In this document: in pieces, positions 46,221 to 55,482 of the stretch
Layout of the letters: every line of letters begins with the position of its first letter
Position numbering within the stretch: position 1 is the first letter of the stretch
Source: Eubacteriales bacterium
Lineage (GTDB): Bacteria > Bacillota > Clostridia > Oscillospirales > CAG-272
Direction of reading: 5' to 3'
DNA: 64,000 nucleotides
NCBI GenBank assembly: GCA_045657105.1
Contig: JAZOSN010000032.1
Span: 12,477-76,476, forward strand
Program-made: the position numbers and the translations under genes
Notes under the pieces: model-generated
The model's input: the letters and a program-made list of their open reading frames with translations, nothing else
Databases searched by the model: none
Told to the model about the DNA's origin: nothing

Positions 46221-47246
46221 TTAAGCTTTGGGAGCCGAGGGATTTTCTTCTTCAAGCTCAGGAAGTGCTTCGCTTCCGAAGGTGAGGTCGATCTTTCCCG
46301 CATTTACCGTGACGGTCATAGTTCCGGGGGCGCTTTCAAGAAGCTCCTCTGCCGATTCGTCCTTTTGTCCGATAGAATTGCCGCTAAGGAGTATTTCTCC
46401 CTCTGTTATCGCTATTTTACGGAAATACGAGAGTCTGTCGTATTTGGTGGAAAGAACGAGATCTCCTGTTTCAAGAGTTACCGACATATTACGGAACTCG
46501 GTACTGAGAAGCGAAACGTTAGAGGATTTGGTATCTACCGTAACGTTCTCGGCGATCACACCACTTGCGGTGAAGTTTGTGGCTGTCGCGAAATATTCGA
46601 AGCTCGTTACGTTTGAGTTTCCGAGCGTGATCTCGGAATTGCTGCCTGCTATCGTCATAGCCGCCGCGTTTATGTTGCTTATTTCGAGCGTACTGTCGGT
46701 TGCAGTAAACGAGAGGTCGCAGTCCTTATCAATGTCCGCTACTCTGAGGTTTGCTCCCGAGTCGCAGTTTACGTTGATCTTGGATACATCGGCGTCGTTA
46801 CCAATGTAAATGTGTATCTCGCGCTCGCCGTTTGAGGTGTCGAAGTTAAAAAACGAGCGGAGAGTTTTCCATACGCCACTGAATCTTACTCCCGCACCGT
46901 CGAGGTTGAAATAGTCGAGAATGGATATTTTGTTCGATACGGTGAGAACCTTTTCGCCGGATGCGGCAACGTAGGTGTTTTCGTTGAAGTTTATGAGAGT
47001 TACCGAAGACGTTTCGGCGTTTCCGTGAACCTCGACCTTGCAGTCCGTAACGTCGATGTTTACCATCGAGAAGGTCTGACCGGTGAGAAGAACCTCAGTG
47101 ACGACGTTTCCGTCTTCATTTACGAGTGTGTTTCCGTCGATTGCGGCGTCGTTTGGTGCCTTATCTCTTGCCTGTGCACAAAGAATAAGTCCGCCTACGA
47201 TGAAAACGAGAGCTATGAAAATACTGATTATAGATGCGCCTTTCAC
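46221..47246 (-). CDS. DUF4097-like putative adhesin / beta-strand repeat protein with an N-terminal TM anchor
   Basis: TM helix followed by repetitive V/T/N-rich beta-strand segments; the start overlaps the stop of the upstream DUF1700-like gene. Confidence 0.6.
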   Translation of the reverse strand: MKGASIISIFIALVFIVGGLILCAQARDKAPNDAAIDGNTLVNEDGNVVTEVLLTGQTFSMVNIDVTDCKVEVHGNAETSSVTLINFNENTYVAASGEKVLTVSNKISILDYFNLDGAGVRFSGVWKTLRSFFNFDTSNGEREIHIYIGNDADVSKINVNCDSGANLRVADIDKDCDLSFTATDSTLEISNINAAAMTIAGSNSEITLGNSNVTSFEYFATATNFTASGVIAENVTVDTKSSNVSLLSTEFRNMSVTLETGDLVLSTKYDRLSYFRKIAITEGEILLSGNSIGQKDESAEELLESAPGTMTVTVNAGKIDLTFGSEALPELEEENPSAPKA

Positions 47247-48145
47247 AGTTTCTCACATCCTTTCCTTGCTTTTTCGGCGATGCGCTTTACGCGTACGACG
47301 AGTGCTTTAAAGATGACGGACGCTTTTGAAAGTATCCAGGGAATGAGCTTTATTGCGATGTTGTAGAGAATAACCGAAACGAGAATGGTTGCACCTGCTA
47401 CGATAAGAGCAAACCCCACCTCGTGCATACCGACGTATCTCGGCTCCTGCATTATCTGCGTAACTCCGTAGAGCAGGGCGACTATCGAGGTAAGACCGCC
47501 GCCGCAAACTACTGCGATTATTCCGAATATAAGAGCTACAACGAGCGCCGCGAGCGCAAAATAGAGTCCGAAGAGCGCGCCGATAGATACGAACGATCCG
47601 AACAGTATAAGAGGGAAGGCAAGAACCGTAAGTACAGTGAATATAAGCGTGGGTGCCTTATTTTCCGCTCTTTCAGTAAGTCTTTTGACAAACGACTTCT
47701 TGTCCGACTCAGTCTTTTTCTTGTAAGAAACGATCGGAGTCATATCTACCGTAACGACGTCGTCGCTCTTATCGGAGAACGAAGACTCCCCGGAAGTCGC
47801 TTCCTTTTCGGGTACGGTATCTATTTTCTTTGTTTCCTCGTCGGTGACGACCGGAGCCTCGCTCTGTTTTTCGGAAACGGGACGCGTTATGATGGTTGCC
47901 TCGTTTTCGTCCTGAACCTCCGGCTCTTTTTCCTCGGTGTGTCTGGTTCTGGAAAGATATTCTTCCATTGAGGAGCGAGCGAGCATCGCGATATTTTCGC
48001 CGCTTGCACTCTTTTCAAACTCCGTATCGGAAAGAGCTTCGATCTTTCCCGAAATAAGAGCACTCTGCTCGTTTATAAATTCGGGAGATGCACCCTGATC
48101 TCTCAGTGCGCTTTGGAACTCTTCCAAAAATTGCTGTCTGGTCAT
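47243..48145 (-). CDS. DUF1700-like membrane protein
   Basis: N-terminal MTRQQFLEEFQSALRD... helical domain, an acidic linker and C-terminal TM helices; GGAGG RBS. Confidence 0.55.
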   Translation of the reverse strand: MTRQQFLEEFQSALRDQGASPEFINEQSALISGKIEALSDTEFEKSASGENIAMLARSSMEEYLSRTRHTEEKEPEVQDENEATIITRPVSEKQSEAPVVTDEETKKIDTVPEKEATSGESSFSDKSDDVVTVDMTPIVSYKKKTESDKKSFVKRLTERAENKAPTLIFTVLTVLAFPLILFGSFVSIGALFGLYFALAALVVALIFGIIAVVCGGGLTSIVALLYGVTQIMQEPRYVGMHEVGFALIVAGATILVSVILYNIAIKLIPWILSKASVIFKALVVRVKRIAEKARKGCEKL

Positions 48146-48272
48146 TACGGCCTCCTTGCTTAAAATATGTAAAATGTGATCGTTTATAAAAATATTTGCA
48201 AAATGCTACTTGATTATTTTCGGTAAAATGATATACTGTTATGTGTAATGATACCGAAAGGAAAATAAAACT

Positions 48273-48896
48273 ATGAGAATGAGAAAAAAGAAGAATAGCG
48301 AGGCAAGACTTGAAGCCTGCGCCGAGCTTATAATAAACACTCCCGAGGAGATCGAAATCTACCGCGACAGATTTCCCGTTTGTCTTGAAATCGGTTGCGG
48401 CAAGGGCGGATTTATCCGTGATACCGCCAAAAGATACCCCGACCGCCTTTTTATTGCCGCTGAGCTTCAAACCTCTGCTATCATAACTGCGCTTGAAAAT
48501 TCAAAGGCGGCAGAGCTTACCAACGTCCGTTTTATGAACGTGAACGCGATGAACCTCGGTGAATATTTTAAAAAGGGTGACGTCAAAGAGATATATCTTA
48601 ATTTCTCGGATCCTTGGCCGAAAAAAGGACACACCAAGCGCCGTCTTACCTATCGCGCCTTCCTCGACGTTTATAAAAATATCCTTGCCGACGACGGTAA
48701 GATAATAATGAAAACCGATAACGACGGACTTTTTGAATTTTCGCTCGAAGAATTCCGCGAGTGCGGTTGGTCGCTTGATAAGATCACCTACGACCTGCAT
48801 TCTGAGGACTGGGCTAAGGACAATATTATGACCGAGTACGAAAAGAACTTTTCGTCACAGGGAATAAGCATCAAATCGCTCGAAGCAAGACCTTAA
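48273..48896 (+). CDS. trmB: tRNA (guanine46-N7)-methyltransferase
   Basis: LEIGCGKGGF SAM motif and FSDPWPKKGHTKRRL motif. Confidence 0.9.
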   Translation: MRMRKKKNSEARLEACAELIINTPEEIEIYRDRFPVCLEIGCGKGGFIRDTAKRYPDRLFIAAELQTSAIITALENSKAAELTNVRFMNVNAMNLGEYFKKGDVKEIYLNFSDPWPKKGHTKRRLTYRAFLDVYKNILADDGKIIMKTDNDGLFEFSLEEFRECGWSLDKITYDLHSEDWAKDNIMTEYEKNFSSQGISIKSLEARP

Positions 48897-48899
48897 CGC

Positions 48900-49331
48900 T
48901 CAGCTTTTTTTGAAAATACTGACGTATTCCTCGCTTTTTTCGTCTTTAAGTCCCTTTTTGTGCTTTTTGCCCGCGAAAATATATATCGGAGCGATTATAG
49001 CGTAAAGGAACAGGAAAACGAAGAGCATAACCGGAGTCTTATAGTTAAGACTGTAACCCGCAAGTCCCGCACAGATAAGAAGGGACGCGAGAGTCGCCAT
49101 AAAATGAGCGAGCAGTCTGAGCGCAAAATGAATTCTTACCGCATCGAATATCATATCGCAAACTGAAAGAAAAAGCGCCAGGAGAAAAACGATAAGCGAG
49201 TTTTTAAGCGGTATTGCGGGAGTTATAGTTCCCGTAAGACCGGAAAAAATCAGAATGAAAAAATACATTACGGTAAAGACTGCACAGGAAGATGACAGTA
49301 TCTTTCCTGCCTTGCTTAAATATTTTTTCAT
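48900..49331 (-). CDS. hypothetical membrane protein (4 TM helices)
   Basis: Hydrophobic 143-aa ORF with an RBS and a TTGAAA-N16/17-TATAAT promoter upstream. Confidence 0.5.
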   Translation of the reverse strand: MKKYLSKAGKILSSSCAVFTVMYFFILIFSGLTGTITPAIPLKNSLIVFLLALFLSVCDMIFDAVRIHFALRLLAHFMATLASLLICAGLAGYSLNYKTPVMLFVFLFLYAIIAPIYIFAGKKHKKGLKDEKSEEYVSIFKKS

Positions 49332-49631
49332 TTGAGCATATCACCCTTTCTTCTGTCACTTGCGACAGTTACGCTTATATTATTATAGCACATAATTTTC
49401 AGTTTTCAAGTGGGAAAAGATAAAAATTACACATTGTTAAAAAATAACTGCGAAAATCTCCGCGGCAAAATACGCCGCTCGGAGATTTTTTCTTTTGATA
49501 AATTAAAATATATTATATATAGTATAAAAATTCACGATATTTATTGACATATAGAAAAAAAGGGTGTATAATAAAACAGAATATGCAAAATTATGCAAAT
49601 ACTTTACAGAACTTATTTTTTGAGGTTAGTT

Positions 49632-50048
49632 ATGACAAGAAGAGAAGCACGCGAAGCTTTGTTTAAGCTTATATACGAAAGACCGTTTCACTCGGAAGAA
49701 GACGCTCGCGAAACTGCCGAGAGAGAAATGAGAGAAATGGGGCTTGACGACTCATATATCATAGGGGGATTTTCGGGAACGTTTGATAATATCGATGAAA
49801 TAGACGCTCTCATATCCGAAAGCGCAATCGGCTGGAAGCTCGGACGTCTTTCCAAGGTATCTCACGCTATTATGCGCCTTGCCTGCTATGAGATGCTCTA
49901 TACCGATCTGCCGGTAAGGATCGCTATAAACGAGGCAGTTGAGCTTGCGAAAAAGTACGATCACGATCAGGCGCCCTCGTTCATCAACGGAATACTTAAC
50001 TCGATAGCCGATAAAAAAGATCTTAAAAACAAGCCGGAGAATAAATAA
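49632..50048 (+). CDS. nusB: transcription antitermination factor NusB
   Basis: MTRREAREALFKLIYE... and AINEAVELAKKY...FINGILN motifs; start placed at the ATG at 49632. Confidence 0.9.
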   Translation: MTRREAREALFKLIYERPFHSEEDARETAEREMREMGLDDSYIIGGFSGTFDNIDEIDALISESAIGWKLGRLSKVSHAIMRLACYEMLYTDLPVRIAINEAVELAKKYDHDQAPSFINGILNSIADKKDLKNKPENK

Positions 50049-50049
50049 A

Positions 50050-50961
50050 ATGCTTTATCTCGGTATAGATACGAGTAACTATACGACCTCGGCGGCACTT
50101 GTTTCCGAAGACGGGAAAATAGTTGCAGACTCGCGCCTTCCGGTAAGTGTTGGAAACGGCGAGCGCGGTATCCGTCAGTCGGACGCTGTATTCACACATA
50201 TAAAAAATCTGCCCGAGGTCATGCACGCGCTCGGCGAGATAAGATCTCTTGCGGCGGTAGGCGTTTCTTATGCGCCGCGCGACGTTAAGGGTTCTTATAT
50301 GCCTTGCTTTCTTTCGGGTGTTGCATCGGCGCATAGCGTGTCGGCGGCGGCAAATATTCCTTGCCTTGAATTTTCGCATCAAGCAGGACATATCGCGGCG
50401 GCAGTCTGTACGACGGGTAGGGAAGATCTGCTAAATGAAAAATTCCTCGCCTTTCACGTTTCCGGCGGAACTACCGATCTGCTCCTTGTTGACAGACTCG
50501 AAATAACACAGATAGGCGGAACGCTCGATCTGAACGCCGGTCAGGCGATAGACAGAGTCGGCGTTATGCTCGGACTTGAATTTCCCTGCGGAAAGGAGCT
50601 CGAAAGAATATCCGATCCGATTGGAAGTGTAAAGCCGATGTCCTGCGTGAAGGGAACTGAGTGTAACCTTTCGGGACTTGAAAACAGGGCGTCCGATATG
50701 CTTAAAAAGGGAGAGTCGCCGTCAAGGATTGCGGCGTTCACTCTTGCAAGCGTTCTCGAAACGCTTGATAAGATGTGCAAAAATGCACTTGACAGCTACG
50801 GAGAGCTTCCGGTAGTATTTGCAGGCGGAGTTACCGCAAACAAATATATAAAGAGCGCTCTCGAAAAGAAATATAACGCTATATTCACTCTGCCCGAGTA
50901 TTCGAGAGATAACGCGGTCGGAACTGCTTATCTGACTCGCAAAAAGATGCTCGGATTTTAA
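50050..50961 (+). CDS. Kae1/TsaD-like (peptidase M22 / ASKHA fold) protein
   Basis: LGIDTSNYTTSAAL N-terminus, SHQAGH metal-site-like motif and FAGGVTANKY C-terminal motif. Confidence 0.7.
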   Translation: MLYLGIDTSNYTTSAALVSEDGKIVADSRLPVSVGNGERGIRQSDAVFTHIKNLPEVMHALGEIRSLAAVGVSYAPRDVKGSYMPCFLSGVASAHSVSAAANIPCLEFSHQAGHIAAAVCTTGREDLLNEKFLAFHVSGGTTDLLLVDRLEITQIGGTLDLNAGQAIDRVGVMLGLEFPCGKELERISDPIGSVKPMSCVKGTECNLSGLENRASDMLKKGESPSRIAAFTLASVLETLDKMCKNALDSYGELPVVFAGGVTANKYIKSALEKKYNAIFTLPEYSRDNAVGTAYLTRKKMLGF

Positions 50962-50974
50962 AAAGGACCGAAAA

Positions 50975-52201
50975 ATGATAAACGAAAGAGAATGTCCGAT
51001 ACTTACCGTATCGCAGATAACTCAGTATATAAAAGCGATGTTTTCATCGGACGCTCTTGTACAGAGTATTTCGGTGAGAGGAGAGATCTCTAACCTCGTA
51101 GAGCGCGGCGGTCATATGTACTTAACGCTCAAAGACGAGGGCGCGGTGATAAAGGCGGTCATATTCCGCTCGTCACTTGCGAGAATAAAATTCCGTCCCG
51201 AAAACTCAATGACTGTCGTTGCTCACGGGCGTATAAACGTTTACGAGCAGAGCGGGCAGTATCAGCTTTACGTTGATATGATCGAGCCCGAGGGTGTCGG
51301 TGCGCTTGCAAAAGCGTACGAGCAGCTTAAAAACAAGCTTGAAGCAGAAGGACTCTTTTCGCTCGAAAGAAAGAAGAAACTTCCGTATATTCCAAAGACC
51401 GTCGGAGTCATAACATCTCCTGCGGGGGCGGCGGTAAGAGATATTATAAACGTAATGACAAGACGCTTTCCCGCGTCGAAAATGATCCTCTATCCTGCGC
51501 TCGTGCAGGGCGAGGGTGCCGCAAAGCAGCTTGTTGAGGCGGTAAGATATTTTAACAGGGTAAAGAGCGTTGACGTTATTATAATCGGACGCGGCGGAGG
51601 CTCTATCGAGGACCTCTGGGCGTTCAATGACGAAATACTTGCAAGAACGGTGGCGGCGTCCGAGATACCGATAATTTCGGCAGTCGGACACGAGAGCGAT
51701 TTCACAATATGCGATTTCGTTGCCGACATGAGAGCTCCCACGCCCTCTGCGGCGGCAGAGCTCGCAGTACCCGACGCCATAGAGCTCTCCTCGCGTATTT
51801 CGGCTCTTGATTCAAGGCTTAAAGGTGCTTTGTCAAACCGTTTGAAAAGAGCGCGCAGAGATCTTGAAAACCTCACAGGTCGCAGAGTTATGAAATCTCC
51901 TGCGGCAGTGCTTGACGATAAAAATATGCGACTTTCGCATATTACCGACAGACTTGACTCGTCCTACTCTCGGACGGTGTCCGAAAAACGCGCCGAGTTT
52001 GTAAAGAAAATATCACAGCTCGAAGCACTAAGTCCGCTTTCGGTGCTCTCGCGCGGATATTCGGTAGCGTTTGATAAGGACGGAAAGCTTGTTAAAAACG
52101 TTTCGGACGTGAAAAAGCAAGATAAAATAACTATTTGTGTATCTGATGGAAGGATAAGCGCCGAGGTCTGCGGCGTAGAGAAGGATAATGGCAGAAAATA
52201 A
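50975..52201 (+). CDS. xseA: exodeoxyribonuclease VII large subunit
   Basis: OB-fold N-terminus, GVITSPAGAAVRD, IIIGRGGGSIEDLWAFN and SAVGHESDFT motifs. Confidence 0.9.
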   Translation: MINERECPILTVSQITQYIKAMFSSDALVQSISVRGEISNLVERGGHMYLTLKDEGAVIKAVIFRSSLARIKFRPENSMTVVAHGRINVYEQSGQYQLYVDMIEPEGVGALAKAYEQLKNKLEAEGLFSLERKKKLPYIPKTVGVITSPAGAAVRDIINVMTRRFPASKMILYPALVQGEGAAKQLVEAVRYFNRVKSVDVIIIGRGGGSIEDLWAFNDEILARTVAASEIPIISAVGHESDFTICDFVADMRAPTPSAAAELAVPDAIELSSRISALDSRLKGALSNRLKRARRDLENLTGRRVMKSPAAVLDDKNMRLSHITDRLDSSYSRTVSEKRAEFVKKISQLEALSPLSVLSRGYSVAFDKDGKLVKNVSDVKKQDKITICVSDGRISAEVCGVEKDNGRK

Positions 52202-52418
52202 AAGCTTTGAAGAGATGCTGAGTGAGCTTGAAAAGATAGTGTCAAGGCTCGAAACGGGCGATATTGCACTTGAAGAGGCGCTTGAAATGTATAAAAGCGG
52301 AACGCTTCTTGCAAAAGAGTGCTCAAAACTGCTCGAAGAGGCAGAAAAACAGATAAAAATACTCGTAAACGAGAACGGAGAGCTTAAAGAAAGCGACTTC
52401 TCGGGGAATAAAGAATGA
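52188..52418 (+). CDS. xseB: exodeoxyribonuclease VII small subunit
   Basis: 76 aa with SFEEMLSELEKIVSRLETGDIALEEAL; overlaps the xseA 3' end. Confidence 0.85.
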   Translation: MAENKSFEEMLSELEKIVSRLETGDIALEEALEMYKSGTLLAKECSKLLEEAEKQIKILVNENGELKESDFSGNKE

Positions 52419-53302
52419 ACGAAACCAAACTGAAAAGCGCGCTTGCAGAATCTGCCGCGCTTGTTGAAAAAAGACTTGATACTCTCCTTAGTGAAAGAGA
52501 TAGCGACTTCTGTATGCTTACCGATGCGGCAAGATATTCGGTGCTCGGAGGCGGAAAACGTATCCGCGCATTTCTGACGACCGAATTTGCAAGACTCGGC
52601 GGAGATATGTCGGACAGAGCACTGACTTATGCGGCAACGCTCGAAATGATACACGCCGCATCTCTTATACACGACGATCTGCCCTGTATGGACGATGACG
52701 ATATGAGGCGCGGAAAGCCTTCATGTCATATCGCGTATCCCGAAGCGACCGCGCTTCTCGCAGGCGATGCTCTTATGATATATCCCTACGAGGTGATAAG
52801 CGCACTTGACGGCGCACCCGACAGGGAAAAGCTCGAAGCGATAAAGATACTTTCACGCTCGTCGGGAATGTACGGTATGATCGGCGGTCAACAGATGGAT
52901 ATTTCGGGCGGAGCTCTCTCGCAGGAAAAGCTCGAAAAGCTCCAAGGACTTAAAACCGGACGTATGATACGCGCCGCCTGCCTGCTCGGATGCATAGCAT
53001 CGGGACATTTCGAGGGAAGCCCTCTTTACGAGGCGGCAAAGGTGTATGCCGACAAGGTCGGACTGACTTTTCAGATAATCGACGATCTGCTTGACGTTAC
53101 GGGCGACCCGACTCTGCTCGGCAAGAAGGTTGGAGTTGACGCAAAGAGCGATAAGGTCACCTTTGCGACTCTTATGCCTTACGAGGAGGCAGTCGATCTT
53201 GCGGCTATGTATACCGCAGAGGCATGTGTTGCTATATCCGCATTCGAGGGCTCGCAGACGCTATCCGATCTTGCACAGATGCTCCTGCTTCGTAACAGCT
53301 GA
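52415..53302 (+). CDS. ispA: polyprenyl (farnesyl) diphosphate synthase
   Basis: First DDxxD (LIHDDLPCMDDDDMRRG) and second DDxxD (FQIIDDLLD) motifs. Confidence 0.88.
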   Translation: MNETKLKSALAESAALVEKRLDTLLSERDSDFCMLTDAARYSVLGGGKRIRAFLTTEFARLGGDMSDRALTYAATLEMIHAASLIHDDLPCMDDDDMRRGKPSCHIAYPEATALLAGDALMIYPYEVISALDGAPDREKLEAIKILSRSSGMYGMIGGQQMDISGGALSQEKLEKLQGLKTGRMIRAACLLGCIASGHFEGSPLYEAAKVYADKVGLTFQIIDDLLDVTGDPTLLGKKVGVDAKSDKVTFATLMPYEEAVDLAAMYTAEACVAISAFEGSQTLSDLAQMLLLRNS

Positions 53303-53304
53303 TT

Positions 53305-54084
53305 ATGAGAATAGATAAATATCTTTTTGAAAAAGGTCACGCTCAGAGCCGTCAGAAGGCAAGGGAGATAGTTGAGGCGGGTTTTGTTTATATCGACGGA
53401 AAACAGATAACAAAGCCGTCCTACGACTTTGATCCCGAGCTTAAAGTGCCCGAGGTTAAGGGAAAGCCGTACGTTTACGTCAGTCGCGGCGGAGTCAAGC
53501 TCGAGCACGCGCTAAGATGCTTCGATATAGATGTGGACGGACTCGTTTGTGCCGATATAGGCTCGTCAACGGGAGGTTTTACCGATTGTCTGCTTCGCGG
53601 CGGAGCGAAAAAGGTCTTTGCAATAGATAGCGGAAGCGACCAGCTTCACGAAAGCCTCAGATCAAACGGCAAGGTCGTCGTTATGGAGAATTTCAATGCA
53701 AGAGAGCTTGGCGAGGAGATCCTTGGAGAAAAGGTCGATATTGCCGTGTGCGATCTCTCGTTCATTTCTCAAAGGCTTATATATCCTCCCGTAACGAGGA
53801 TACTTAAAGAAAACGGACTGTTTATAAGTCTTATAAAGCCGCAGTTCGAGGCAGGCAGAGAATACCTCTCGAAAAGCGGAATAGTAAAAGATAAAAAAAT
53901 ACATAAAAAAGTGATAGACTCACTGCTTTCTGCGGCATCAGAGCATAAGCTTTACTGCTACGGAGTGAGCGTTTCACCTATACAGGGCGGAGATGGAAAT
54001 ATCGAATATCTTGCGCTTTTCAGGCTTTGCGAGCCGAAAAACGCGGAAAACTGTATTTTCCGAACGCCGGACGGAATAATCTGA
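53305..54084 (+). CDS. tlyA: TlyA-family rRNA (cytidine-2'-O)-methyltransferase
   Basis: N-terminal S4 domain (MRIDKYL...SRQKAREIV) and FtsJ-like DIGSSTGGFTDC motif. Confidence 0.88.
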   Translation: MRIDKYLFEKGHAQSRQKAREIVEAGFVYIDGKQITKPSYDFDPELKVPEVKGKPYVYVSRGGVKLEHALRCFDIDVDGLVCADIGSSTGGFTDCLLRGGAKKVFAIDSGSDQLHESLRSNGKVVVMENFNARELGEEILGEKVDIAVCDLSFISQRLIYPPVTRILKENGLFISLIKPQFEAGREYLSKSGIVKDKKIHKKVIDSLLSAASEHKLYCYGVSVSPIQGGDGNIEYLALFRLCEPKNAENCIFRTPDGII

Positions 54085-54106
54085 CTGATAAAAGGAGGCC
54101 TAGTCC

Positions 54107-54967
54107 TTGAAATACGATTTCAAAAAAGTTGCGGTCATACCCAATATTCATAAGGACGCGGGATTTTTATACACCCGTGAGCTGATTTCATATCTTGAAA
54201 AATCCTACGAGGTTCTGCTTTGTGAGGAGCTTTCGACACTTGCGGAAAAAAGCTCGGCAAGGGCAGTGTCCGACAGTGAGCTGTTTTCTGCCGATCTTAT
54301 AATCGTTCTCGGCGGCGACGGCACGATACTTCGCGCTTCGGGTAAGGCTGCTCTTTCGGATACGCCTATTATAGGAATAAATCTCGGACGGCTCGGATAT
54401 ATCGCAGAGCTCGAAACCACCGATATACCGAAGATCGTCGAAATACTTTCGGGTGAGCTTGAAACAGAGGAGCGCACCATGATAGAGGCGGAGGTCGTCC
54501 GCGACGGAAGAAAGATCGTTTCCGAGATTATCGGACTCAACGACGCGGCGATCGTCCGTGCTTCCGGACTCGGAGTCGTCGAGGTTGAGCTCTTCTGTAA
54601 TTCGAACGCGGTCTATAAGTACCGCGGTGACGGACTTATCGTATCGACCGCTACGGGATCGAGCGCGTACTCAATGTCGGCAGGCGGTCCGGTTCTCGAT
54701 ACGAGCCTTGACTGTATTTCGGTAACTCCGATATGTGCACATTCTCTCAGATGCCGTCCTATCGTATTTTCGGGCGAGTCGGTGTTCGAGGTCAAAAGCA
54801 TAGCAACTCCCGATCACGCGAAACTTTCGGTGGACGGAGAGGAAATATGCGATCTCGAAGGAAACGACGTTGTGAGAATAAAGAAATCAAAATACGTTAC
54901 AAAGCTTCTGAGATCGGGCGAGAGCAGCTTCTGCGGTATACTCTACCGTAAGATGTCCGACGTCTGA
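54107..54967 (+). CDS. nadK: NAD kinase
   Basis: GGDGT(ILRA) and GDGLIVSTATGSSAYSMSAGGP motifs; TTG start behind a GGAGG RBS. Confidence 0.88.
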   Translation: MKYDFKKVAVIPNIHKDAGFLYTRELISYLEKSYEVLLCEELSTLAEKSSARAVSDSELFSADLIIVLGGDGTILRASGKAALSDTPIIGINLGRLGYIAELETTDIPKIVEILSGELETEERTMIEAEVVRDGRKIVSEIIGLNDAAIVRASGLGVVEVELFCNSNAVYKYRGDGLIVSTATGSSAYSMSAGGPVLDTSLDCISVTPICAHSLRCRPIVFSGESVFEVKSIATPDHAKLSVDGEEICDLEGNDVVRIKKSKYVTKLLRSGESSFCGILYRKMSDV

Positions 54968-54990
54968 ACAGATTTTAACGGAGAGAAAAA

Positions 54991-55449
54991 ATGAAAAACG
55001 AAAGACAGTCTAAAATAATAGAACTGATAAATAAATACGATATTGAAACTCAGGAGGCGCTTCTCGATAAGCTTCGCGAGGAGGGCTTTGACGTAACTCA
55101 GGCAACCGTTTCGAGAGATATTAAGGCGCTCAATATCGTAAAAACATCAATGAGGGGACTCGGATACAAGTACGCCGTCAAAAGCAGTAGCGAGGACCGT
55201 CCGAGTGCAAAATATGCAAATATTCTGCGAGAGGCGGCGCTTTCGGTCGTGTCGGCAGGAAATCTTGTCATAGTCAGAACGTATGCAGGTATGGCAGATG
55301 CGTCTGCCGCGGCAATAGACCTTGTTTGGCATAACGATATTCTCGGAAGCATCGCGGGCGACGATACGATATTCGTTGCAACGGCAGATGCGAGATCTGC
55401 CGAAAATCTTGCGGGTAAAATAAACGAGGTGCTTGGCACTCGGGGCTAA
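54991..55449 (+). CDS. argR: arginine repressor
   Basis: N-terminal wHTH (RQSKIIELI...TQATVSRDIKAL) and C-terminal GSIAGDDTIFV motif. Confidence 0.9.
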   Translation: MKNERQSKIIELINKYDIETQEALLDKLREEGFDVTQATVSRDIKALNIVKTSMRGLGYKYAVKSSSEDRPSAKYANILREAALSVVSAGNLVIVRTYAGMADASAAAIDLVWHNDILGSIAGDDTIFVATADARSAENLAGKINEVLGTRG

Positions 55450-55482
55450 GCGATAAACTTTAAGAGAAGGGAGGCGGAAATA

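Noticed and set aside
49453-49495. An orphan hairpin with a T-run in the divergent promoter region between the 48900-49331 membrane gene and nusB.
   Set aside because: It lies upstream of both promoters (TTGAAA-TATAAT on the minus strand, TTGACA-TATAAT on the plus strand), so it is not an attenuator. It is probably an insulating bidirectional terminator, and there is no evidence for a separate transcript.
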